The position numbers and the translations under genes were made by a program. Positions 9,388-17,558 of a DNA stretch of 64,000 bases are shown here, piece after piece; position 1 is the stretch's first letter, and each line of letters begins with the position of its first letter. Under the pieces are notes generated by a model. It was not told the DNA's origin and made no database searches. It was given only the letters and a program-made list of their open reading frames with translations. Where the stretch lies: assembly GCA_016839815.1 (NCBI GenBank), contig JAEOTM010000145.1, forward strand, positions 1 to 64,000, in the 5' to 3' direction. The DNA is from Candidatus Hodarchaeota archaeon. Its GTDB lineage: Archaea; Asgardarchaeota; Heimdallarchaeia; Hodarchaeales; Hodarchaeaceae.

Positions 9388-10587
9388 TCAGGAGGTAAGT
9401 TTGGCTTCTTGACCATTCACAAATACTTGTTCCACTTTGCTGAAAAATTCAAAGGGATGTCCAGACCAGATTACTATATCTGCATCCTTTCCCTTCTCTA
9501 ATGAACCCACTCTATGTTCAATACCTAGCATTTCTGCAGGATTCATGGTTACACAGCGTAGGGCGTCTTCTTTTGACATGCCTTCTTTAATTACAGACAT
9601 GGGTAATAACGGAAAATAGTTCATAGGAGTTAACGAATCTGTTTGTAAGGATACTTTGACTCCGGCGTTATGTAAAATTACTGCCGTCTTGAATCCTCGT
9701 TCCTTGGTTTCTGGTTTGCTTACCCACATTATGGTTGGCCCTATTACTGCGGGATATCCCTTTTTTGCTATATAATCAGCTACTTTGTGACCTTCTGTAC
9801 AGTGTATCAAAACCAACCGTAAATTAAATTCTTCGGCAATCCTGATAATAGTAGTGATATCATCGGCACGATGTGCATGCGCATGGAGTGGTATCTCTCT
9901 TTCAAGTACTTTCACAAGAATTTCCATTCCCAGGTCCTTTTTTGGGGGTTTTGGTTGAGGTTTTCCCTCTTCCACTTTCTTCAATGATTCGTTATAGTGT
10001 TCTAGTTCCTTGATATAATCTTTTGCTTTATTAAATGTCTCTCTCAGCAGTGCTGCTACACCCATCCGAGTCATAGGCATACGTTTGTTCATTTGCCCAT
10101 GTATACGTTTTGGGTTTTCTCCTAAAGCGACTTTTAATCCACTGGGATTTAGTACCAGCATCTCATCGACAATATTCCCAACAGGTTTGATGGAAAAATT
10201 CGTTCCTGAAATCACATTCCCTGATCCTGGACCTGTATTCAGAGTTGTTACTCCTCCTTTCAGCACTTCTTTCAGACTAGGCTCATAAGGATTGAAAGAA
10301 TCAATTCCTCGTACAATAGGAGTTACTGGGGTTGTCATTTCATTGCCATCTTCCCCTGCCCAGCCAATACTCCCATCAAATAATCCTTGATGTGTATGTG
10401 CATCAATGAATCCTGGACACACAAATTTTGCCGCTGCATCAATTGTTTCTGTCCCTTCTGGTATCTGAATGTCTGTTCCTACCTCTAGGATTTTTCCCTC
10501 GTCGATTAAGATCTTTCCCCGTTCAATAAATCCCAGATTCGGGTCTAATATCGTTCCATTGATTATTGCTTTCACTATTTTCACCAA
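9388..10587 (-). CDS. Metal-dependent amidohydrolase (imidazolonepropionase-like family)
   Basis: PGFIDAHTH, LKVALGENPK, HAHRADD, HCTEG, GSLEKGKDADIVIW. Confidence 0.9.
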   Translation of the reverse strand: MVKIVKAIINGTILDPNLGFIERGKILIDEGKILEVGTDIQIPEGTETIDAAAKFVCPGFIDAHTHQGLFDGSIGWAGEDGNEMTTPVTPIVRGIDSFNPYEPSLKEVLKGGVTTLNTGPGSGNVISGTNFSIKPVGNIVDEMLVLNPSGLKVALGENPKRIHGQMNKRMPMTRMGVAALLRETFNKAKDYIKELEHYNESLKKVEEGKPQPKPPKKDLGMEILVKVLEREIPLHAHAHRADDITTIIRIAEEFNLRLVLIHCTEGHKVADYIAKKGYPAVIGPTIMWVSKPETKERGFKTAVILHNAGVKVSLQTDSLTPMNYFPLLPMSVIKEGMSKEDALRCVTMNPAEMLGIEHRVGSLEKGKDADIVIWSGHPFEFFSKVEQVFVNGQEAKLTS

Positions 10588-10721
10588 TACAGCTACTTAC
10601 CCCTTTGAATGGAGTATAGCTGAAAATTAAAATTGAAACTGTTGAATTAGTGCAAAAAATGAGTTATTCATTAATCCTACCATTTTTTCCATAAAAAGGA
10701 AGAAAGAAGAGAAAATTGATT

Positions 10722-12308
10722 TTACTGTATTCTCTTCCGAATAGTAACCAATGCTAATGCACTGAAGATTGCTATCAGTTCAAATGAAGCCTTAGAAGAA
10801 GTGGTTTCTTCTTGAAAATCCTGTAAGTATTGTTGGTGATTGAAGCGGAGAAAAAAACCATCATCCGACCCATTCTTGGTGGTTTGAAAAGCCTCTGTTG
10901 ATACTGGAAAATTCTCAGAGCCTGTATGTCCAACAATGTAAATTTGGTCCGCAAATAGCTCCATGTTCCAGACGTGGTCTAGTTCACTACCTCCAAAATA
11001 CGTTCCAAAGAAGGGAGTTCCTTCAGGTGTTAGACCTAGTAAGACTACATCACAACTACCTGCTGTTTCATTTTGAATAGCAGTTTCTGTGATTGGAAAA
11101 TCGTTTGTAGGGGCATCTCCACATGTAAAGATATTATCTTGAGCATCAGTATCTACAAAATGTAGTGTATCCCATACTGGACCTCCAAAATAGCTGGAAA
11201 ATACCAATTCTCCGGTTGGATCCATTTTCGTAACGAATGCATCTACTCCGCTAATATTATTCTCTGCACCTGCATACTCTGATTGATAGGCATTATAAAT
11301 CGGAAAATCAGAAGACCAAGTTCGTCCACTGAAGATCAGATTGTCTTCCGAGTCAAAAGTACAACCAAAACTATCATCCATACCTGATCCCCCAAAATAG
11401 GTGCAATAGTCTACAACCATATCATTAGTGAATGTAGCAATGAAAAAATCTCTACCAGGGCCTGAAATAGCAGTTGAATATGCATTGTCGGAAAATGGCA
11501 GGTTAGTACTATCTGAATACCCGTTGACAATATAACGTCCATCATTACTCGCATAGATCTCCCCTATCACATCAACTCCAGTACCCCCGAAAAAACTGGA
11601 ATAGACTAGTGAGCCATTTGTAGCTAATTGAACTATGGTTGCATCCACGGTACCTCTAAAGATACTTTGCTCTGCATTATCGGTTAAGGGGAAATTTGGG
11701 GACGATGTACTTCCTGTACAGGTCAGAATGTCAGAGTACATTTCTGAACCTTCTAAATTCTCATGACCTGATGTACCAATGCACATGGAATATTCCAATG
11801 TTCCTTCGGGAGTGAATTTTGCTACGAACCCATCAGATCCTCCATGTGAGCTATGTACTCCAGATACTGGAAAATTTAACGAATTGGTGACTCCTACTAC
11901 ATAAATATTATCTTCACTATCTACATGAACTCCCGTACCTCCATCATTGCTGGATCCTCCAAGATAACTCGACCAGATCAACTCGCCCATTGGAGAGAAT
12001 TTTGATACAAACGCGTCTCCACTTACTGTATGGATATCTTGTTCTCCTCCTGCAAAAATCGTCTGAAATGCATCATTTGTTATGGGAAAGTTTTCAGACA
12101 TTGTATCCCCTGTCACTAATAGATTTCCTTCAGAATCAACCTCCATATCTCGGATCAGATCATCTTCAGATCCCCCTAGGTAGCTACAAAGAATATATTG
12201 ATCTATATTTCCTAAATCCACCCTAGTACTAACAATTAAGCTTGTTGTACTTACTGTAATAACTATTATTGACACCACTATTAGTGGTATGATCGACTTT
12301 CTCTTCAT
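10722..12308 (-). CDS. SBBP-repeat beta-propeller surface protein with C-terminal TM/basic tail
   Basis: About seven repeats of SxYxGGSxxD...D(S)xxN..V.G.T.S.NFP; signal peptide; ends ASFELIAIFSALALVTIRKRIQ. Confidence 0.85.
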   Translation of the reverse strand: MKRKSIIPLIVVSIIVITVSTTSLIVSTRVDLGNIDQYILCSYLGGSEDDLIRDMEVDSEGNLLVTGDTMSENFPITNDAFQTIFAGGEQDIHTVSGDAFVSKFSPMGELIWSSYLGGSSNDGGTGVHVDSEDNIYVVGVTNSLNFPVSGVHSSHGGSDGFVAKFTPEGTLEYSMCIGTSGHENLEGSEMYSDILTCTGSTSSPNFPLTDNAEQSIFRGTVDATIVQLATNGSLVYSSFFGGTGVDVIGEIYASNDGRYIVNGYSDSTNLPFSDNAYSTAISGPGRDFFIATFTNDMVVDYCTYFGGSGMDDSFGCTFDSEDNLIFSGRTWSSDFPIYNAYQSEYAGAENNISGVDAFVTKMDPTGELVFSSYFGGPVWDTLHFVDTDAQDNIFTCGDAPTNDFPITETAIQNETAGSCDVVLLGLTPEGTPFFGTYFGGSELDHVWNMELFADQIYIVGHTGSENFPVSTEAFQTTKNGSDDGFFLRFNHQQYLQDFQEETTSSKASFELIAIFSALALVTIRKRIQ

Positions 12309-12394
12309 TTTATTATCTCCTACGTGCTAGATCAATAACCTATCATGATCTGCTTCAAAGCTATGTCTAAACATTGACTAAATAAAAGAACATA

Positions 12395-12416
12395 CTTGTT
12401 TCCAAATAGAAACTAG
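12395..12416. promoter_or_regulatory. Imperfect inverted repeat (candidate operator) upstream of the SBBP gene
   Basis: CTTGTTTC-caaata-GAAACTAG (7 of 8 arm positions pair), just upstream of a minus-strand TATA-like TTTTATTTA. Confidence 0.45.
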
Positions 12417-12445
12417 TTTTTTCCCTCTTATTTGAAAGCCATTCC

Positions 12446-13513
12446 TTATCTCAACCGCTCAATTGCGATCTTGAGTGCGGTATCCAGATTTGATAACAAT
12501 TCAAATCCTTTTTTTGTGATAACAAAATTTTTTAATCGGGCATCCTGCAGCATTTGAGTTGTGAGATAAGTTTCCACATAACCTGTGGTTTCTAATTTCT
12601 TTATTTCTTTGGAAAGTGTTGATAATGGGATATTTAGACTTTTAGCTATCTTTGTAGGGGTTGTCTCGTGTGGGCCAAGATAAGCCATTTCTATCAGAGT
12701 TAGAACAGTTCTTCCTTTCATATTATGCTGTAAATCATGTCGAAGATTCTGAGGAAAAATATCAACGATTGATGTAGTTAATGAAATTGTTTTTACATCT
12801 GTGATTTGTGGTATCTCTTCAATAAATTCACTTTTGATGTTATCCAGTCCTATAATTATCTTATGGCTTAATGCTGTCAACCATTCTTGTTTTTCGGACT
12901 GGATCACCTGTAAAATTGATTTTTGTTGCACCCATGGCCGAAACTTCCAGAGTCCGACTCCTAGTACCATAATCGATCCCAAGATTAGGAAATATCCCGT
13001 AAGATCGATTGGTTTGGCTGGTATTCGGTTATCAATGGTAAATCTTTCCGATATCACCTGAAAATTCTCAAAGTTTTTACTTTGGTAGCTCACTTGAATT
13101 CTACATTGGGTAGTATATTCCTCATATACTGTGGTATTCCACACGTAGTAAGGATTGAAGGTAAACATAGTTAAGATAATCCAATTATTCCCATCATCGG
13201 TAGAATAGTGGACCTGATACGAAGTAGTATCATCAATATAGGCTTCATCAACGTTCCATTCGATGGTAATTACTCCAGAAATGATATCTCCCTCCCTTGG
13301 ATTGGTAATATTCAATCGAGAATCCAAAGATACTTTCAGAGTGATTTCAAGTTGGTTTAAGTCATCTTGTGTCCGAAGTGGAGTGGAAGAATAATGAACA
13401 CAGAGAATAATCAACAAACAGCAAAATAAGGCGTTGTAGAGAGTGCTTTTATTATTTAAATATGGAAATACGATGTTTCGACGTCTTTTCGTATTCTTGC
13501 ACGCTCTTCTCAT
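12446..13513 (-). CDS. Single-pass membrane protein: extracellular Ig-like domain, TM, cytoplasmic MarR-type winged HTH
   Basis: Signal-like hydrophobic stretch; ITNPREGD..SG.ITIEW...YSTDDGNNW...WNTT beta-sandwich; TM GYFLILGSIMVLGVGLW; TPTKIAKSLNIPLSTLSKEIKKLE...DARLKNFVITKKG. Confidence 0.8.
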   Translation of the reverse strand: MRRACKNTKRRRNIVFPYLNNKSTLYNALFCCLLIILCVHYSSTPLRTQDDLNQLEITLKVSLDSRLNITNPREGDIISGVITIEWNVDEAYIDDTTSYQVHYSTDDGNNWIILTMFTFNPYYVWNTTVYEEYTTQCRIQVSYQSKNFENFQVISERFTIDNRIPAKPIDLTGYFLILGSIMVLGVGLWKFRPWVQQKSILQVIQSEKQEWLTALSHKIIIGLDNIKSEFIEEIPQITDVKTISLTTSIVDIFPQNLRHDLQHNMKGRTVLTLIEMAYLGPHETTPTKIAKSLNIPLSTLSKEIKKLETTGYVETYLTTQMLQDARLKNFVITKKGFELLSNLDTALKIAIERLR

Positions 13514-13647
13514 CTTGGAGGATTGAATGATGAGTTTATTATAAGTTTAGTATCACTTAGGCAAATATGGGATATGTCTTTTAAGGTTTACTTTCCGCTG
13601 TTAAACAAGATCTATGGAAAAATTCACTAATCTAGTAAGACTAGTGT

Positions 13648-13935
13648 TCATGAACGAACCAATTTAACTTCAAAATTAGTTTCCCCTAGAGAGGTATCTT
13701 TTACCTGAATTTCCCCTTTATACTGCTCCACTCTCGTCTTTACAAGAAAGAGGCCCAGTCCTGATCCATTGGATAGTTCTCCTTTATATCCTCGTGTAAA
13801 GATTTTTTCCCGCAAGGTTTCAGGAATTCCGTTCCTATCATCTTCAAAGTTTAATATTACTTCTGAGGCGTAATTTCTTACATTTCGTGAAATAACTTCA
13901 AGGAGGAATATCCCTCTCAATTTAGTAGTATTCAT
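13648..13935 (-). pseudogene. Isolated C-terminal half of a histidine kinase HATPase domain (probable remnant)
   Basis: EDDRNGIP, KIFTRGY and GSGLGL present, but no N-box or HisKA; lies 10 bp downstream of an intact kinase. Confidence 0.6.
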
Positions 13936-13945
13936 AAAACGTCCT

Positions 13946-15400
13946 TTAGTTTATTTCTGCTGAATGTTTTGGAATATGAACATGAAAAGTAGTTACATCG
14001 GTAACCTCAAGGGAGATTTTCCAATGATGGGCTATGCACAGTTTCTTTGTGATATATAATCCCAACCCACTACCGCCTTTTGAAGTGGTGAATCCTCGTT
14101 CAAACACTTTCTCTTGTATTTCTTCTGGTATTAGGTTACCATCATTACTAACTGATATCCGATCTTCTTCATTATTTTCCTTTGAACAACCTATCTGAAT
14201 AAATGATGGATTTCCGTGAATTACTGCATTTTTGAACAGATTTTGGAAGATTTGGGTGACTTTTTCTTTGTCACAACTTACTGTTGGTAATGTATCTTTT
14301 GAAAATGTAATTGTTTCTGGAATGGTCATTTTACCAATTTCTTCTATGACCTTATCTAATTCTACTGATTCTTTTTTCTCTATGATTTTTCCTGCTTCTG
14401 CTAATTCATAGCTTCGGGTCAAGAGTTCTTGAATATGGACCGCGTTCCTTCTAATTTTTTTGCTAAACTCGCGGTGGTCATCTTGAGTCTTCATTTCTAG
14501 AATTTCTGCATAGCCCATAATATTATGTAGATAATTCATTAAATCATGTCGCATGACCGAAGCTAGTTCACTCAACTCGTTCTTTTGATCTTGCAAAATC
14601 AATTGAGCCTCTACTAAATCTGTAACTTCAGCCCAAGTCAGTATAGCTCCTTCCACCTTATCGTTCGCAGTAAAACGAGGTGAACCATAAAGTTTCATGA
14701 CTTTAACTCCCGTTTCTGATTCAATTCTTAATTCATCTTCGACTAGAGGTTGCCCTTTCAGAAGCTTTTCAATTCCACTAGCTGTTTCCTGTTTATTTTT
14801 TATGATCGATAAATTGAATATATTTTTTCCCTCTACAAGTGTGGTTTTCTCATCAATCCAACCTAACAGTTTTGTCGAGGTAGGATTAGCAAATATAATT
14901 TGTCCCTCTGTATCTAAGATCATAATCCCCAAAGGAGAGAATTCTGCATGCAAACCGAAATTTAGATCTAAGCTTTCTCTAACAGCATTTTGCTGTTCGA
15001 TTATTTCTGTAATATCTTTTACAGACATCATAACCATATTATCAGTGACTTTAACATAATCTGCAATGAAATAGTAATTTGTTTGGCTTTTAGTGGATCC
15101 TTTACTGCCTTTATTCCAAACAATTATTTTTGAAATAATCTCTTTACCATTTCTAATCTTTATGATATCAATCAGAATATTCGGGGAGAATTGGTTTAAG
15201 AATGCGGGAAAATCGTCCTTATACTCAATTATTTCTGCCCCAAATACTCCCATTCCAATTTTATTTACTCTATAAAGAAAAATCTGATTTTGATCATTGA
15301 CTCGGAATAAAAAGGCGGGATTTGGTAGTAACTCAAAGAGATTTTCTTCCTGAATGGAAACTTCTTGAATTGGAAGCATGGAGGTTACACCTGTATACAA
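13946..15400 (-). CDS. PAS-domain sensor histidine kinase
   Basis: PAS (ILDTEGQIIFANP), H-box MRHDLMN, N-box NLFKNAVIHG, NDG, GGSGLGL. Confidence 0.9.
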   Translation of the reverse strand: MYTGVTSMLPIQEVSIQEENLFELLPNPAFLFRVNDQNQIFLYRVNKIGMGVFGAEIIEYKDDFPAFLNQFSPNILIDIIKIRNGKEIISKIIVWNKGSKGSTKSQTNYYFIADYVKVTDNMVMMSVKDITEIIEQQNAVRESLDLNFGLHAEFSPLGIMILDTEGQIIFANPTSTKLLGWIDEKTTLVEGKNIFNLSIIKNKQETASGIEKLLKGQPLVEDELRIESETGVKVMKLYGSPRFTANDKVEGAILTWAEVTDLVEAQLILQDQKNELSELASVMRHDLMNYLHNIMGYAEILEMKTQDDHREFSKKIRRNAVHIQELLTRSYELAEAGKIIEKKESVELDKVIEEIGKMTIPETITFSKDTLPTVSCDKEKVTQIFQNLFKNAVIHGNPSFIQIGCSKENNEEDRISVSNDGNLIPEEIQEKVFERGFTTSKGGSGLGLYITKKLCIAHHWKISLEVTDVTTFHVHIPKHSAEIN

Positions 15401-15426
15401 CTTGTCACCTAGGTTACTTGAGTACT

Positions 15427-15867
15427 CTATTGAAATTGTTCTAATGAATAATGCTCTTCTATTAAGGGGATGAAGTAATCGTTTATTCCCATCATTATTT
15501 GCCTTTGTTCAGGGGTAATAGGCATCATATTTCCTAACAAGAGAATAAATTGGTCTCTGATTTTTTCATAGAGCATTTTTCGCTCTTTAGAGTTGAAACG
15601 TTGTTCAAATTTGTAACAATTCCCATATTCATATCCACATAAGATAATTTTTATTGATTTGTGTAGTAAGCTTTTGGTTAAGTGTTCGGATAGGTATAGG
15701 CTTTCACTTAGAACTCTTATGATAGCATTTAATACTTCTTTTTGAGCTCGAGAAACATAAATGATGTCTATTTGTGGTGAATCTTTCCTAGAATCGAGTT
15801 TATCTTCTACGATTATTTGAACCATTAGATGACCTCTGATCATTCCAATATGGATAGGTCGAGTCAT
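15427..15867 (-). CDS. Hypothetical protein
   Basis: 146-aa ORF filling the gap, co-oriented with its neighbours; no motif recognised. Confidence 0.55.
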   Translation of the reverse strand: MTRPIHIGMIRGHLMVQIIVEDKLDSRKDSPQIDIIYVSRAQKEVLNAIIRVLSESLYLSEHLTKSLLHKSIKIILCGYEYGNCYKFEQRFNSKERKMLYEKIRDQFILLLGNMMPITPEQRQIMMGINDYFIPLIEEHYSLEQFQ

Positions 15868-15994
15868 TTAAATAAACATACGTCAAAAAATATGGAAAAA
15901 TTGAATCCCATTAAGAAAATAAACAGTTTCATCAAGAGTAGTTCAATATTAAAAAAGAAGAATATCTATCAGGCATGTTCTCGTCTTCACCATT

Positions 15995-16687
15995 TCAAAT
16001 ATCAGATATTATCTTCCCATCCTCCATTTCAATGATCCGCATGTTAGGTTTTAACATAGCTTCGTCATGGGATACGCACACAATAGTTTTCTGATGCTCT
16101 TCATTCATCTCCCGTAGTAAACTCATGATTTCGTTTCCTGTAAGTGAGTCCAGATCTCCTGTTGGTTCATCTGCCAAGATAACTTGAGGGTCATTGACTA
16201 GTGAACGAGCAATGCCTACTCGTTGCTTTTCTCCTCCAGACAGTTCATGAGGTAAATGATCCTTCCGTTTCTCCAACCCTACCAGTTCTAACATGGCCAT
16301 TGCACGCGGAGTTCGTTTCTTACGTCTTATTCCACTGATAAGCATGGGGAGTTCAACATTTTCCAAAGCGGTGAGAATCGGATGAAGATTGAAAAACTGA
16401 AAAATAAATCCAAGTTGATACCGTCTGATTTCACATAATTCCCGATCAGTGAGGGTAGTCAGATCGCGTTGGTTGATGTGAATAGTGCCTGCTGAAGGTT
16501 TTTCTAATCCCGCCATGATATTTAGTAAGGTCGATTTTCCGCTTCCTGAGGGGCCCATAACCATGATAAATTCCTGTTGACACACATTAAGGTTGATATT
16601 GGTTAGAGCATCAATGGTATAATCCCCCATATTGTATCGACGATTGACATTTTCGAGTTCAATGATGGTATCGTGTTTTTTAGTCAT
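15995..16687 (-). CDS. ABC transporter ATP-binding protein (LolD/MacB family)
   Basis: GPSGSGKST, LSGGEKQR, LADEPTGDLD, VSHD. Confidence 0.95.
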   Translation of the reverse strand: MTKKHDTIIELENVNRRYNMGDYTIDALTNINLNVCQQEFIMVMGPSGSGKSTLLNIMAGLEKPSAGTIHINQRDLTTLTDRELCEIRRYQLGFIFQFFNLHPILTALENVELPMLISGIRRKKRTPRAMAMLELVGLEKRKDHLPHELSGGEKQRVGIARSLVNDPQVILADEPTGDLDSLTGNEIMSLLREMNEEHQKTIVCVSHDEAMLKPNMRIIEMEDGKIISDI

Positions 16688-17555
16688 CTACCTCATCTCC
16701 TCTGACTGGAATGATTATGGCATATCCCTCTCGTACCTCGATCTGGACATGATTTTGAATTCCCACTTTTTGTCGAATAGATTCTGGGATTCGCAAGTTA
16801 CCATGATCATCCACATAAATGATCTCTTCTCGATCTGAAATGGAAATACTAGGATCTTTCGCTCTATGGAGTCCAACAATCCGTCCATCCATGATTCTCA
16901 TCGCTTTAGTGGTCATATTGGCGAATCTATGGTCATGTGTTACCACAAGAAATGTTTTCCCAAGACTAGCATTTAATTGTTTGAAGTACTCAATGATCTT
17001 AAAGGTTGTAACGCTATCTAGTTCCCCTGTGGGTTCATCTGCTAGCACAATATCTGGGTCATTGGCCAAAGCAACCGCAATGCCCGTCCGTTGGGCTTCT
17101 CCTCCTGACAGTTGATGGGGTTTGTGTTTCCTCCGTTGTTCTAATCCCACATCTTTGAGAAGCTCTAGCGCTCTTTTTTTCTGTGTTTCATGGCTCCATC
17201 TCCCTGATAGTCGCATTGGTACAACTACATTCTTGTATGCGCTTAGGTTCCAGATTAAATTTCGTTCTGGGAGTTGATATAAGAAACCAATTCGATTTCG
17301 GCGATAGTAAGTTAATTCTCTATCTTTAAGTTTGGTGATATTGGTTCCATCAAGCATAATCTCTCCAGATGATGGTTTATCAATTCCTCCGATTAGGTTG
17401 ATTAGCGTACTCTTACCAGAGCCACTAGGGCCGATAATGGAGATCAAATCTCCCTCATTTGCGCTAAATTCTACTCCTCTAAGGGCGGGGACCTGGATCT
17501 TACTTTGTTCGTCTGTATAGAGTTTGATTAGATCATTGCATTCTAGGAAAGCCAT
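16680..17555 (-). CDS. ABC transporter ATP-binding protein with C-terminal AbrB/SpoVT-like domain
   Basis: GPSGSGKST, LSGGEAQR, ADEPTGELD; tail IIYVDDHGNLRIPESIRQKVGI...VQIEVREGYAIIIP. Confidence 0.9.
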   Translation of the reverse strand: MAFLECNDLIKLYTDEQSKIQVPALRGVEFSANEGDLISIIGPSGSGKSTLINLIGGIDKPSSGEIMLDGTNITKLKDRELTYYRRNRIGFLYQLPERNLIWNLSAYKNVVVPMRLSGRWSHETQKKRALELLKDVGLEQRRKHKPHQLSGGEAQRTGIAVALANDPDIVLADEPTGELDSVTTFKIIEYFKQLNASLGKTFLVVTHDHRFANMTTKAMRIMDGRIVGLHRAKDPSISISDREEIIYVDDHGNLRIPESIRQKVGIQNHVQIEVREGYAIIIPVRGDEVDD

Positions 17556-17558
17556 TCT

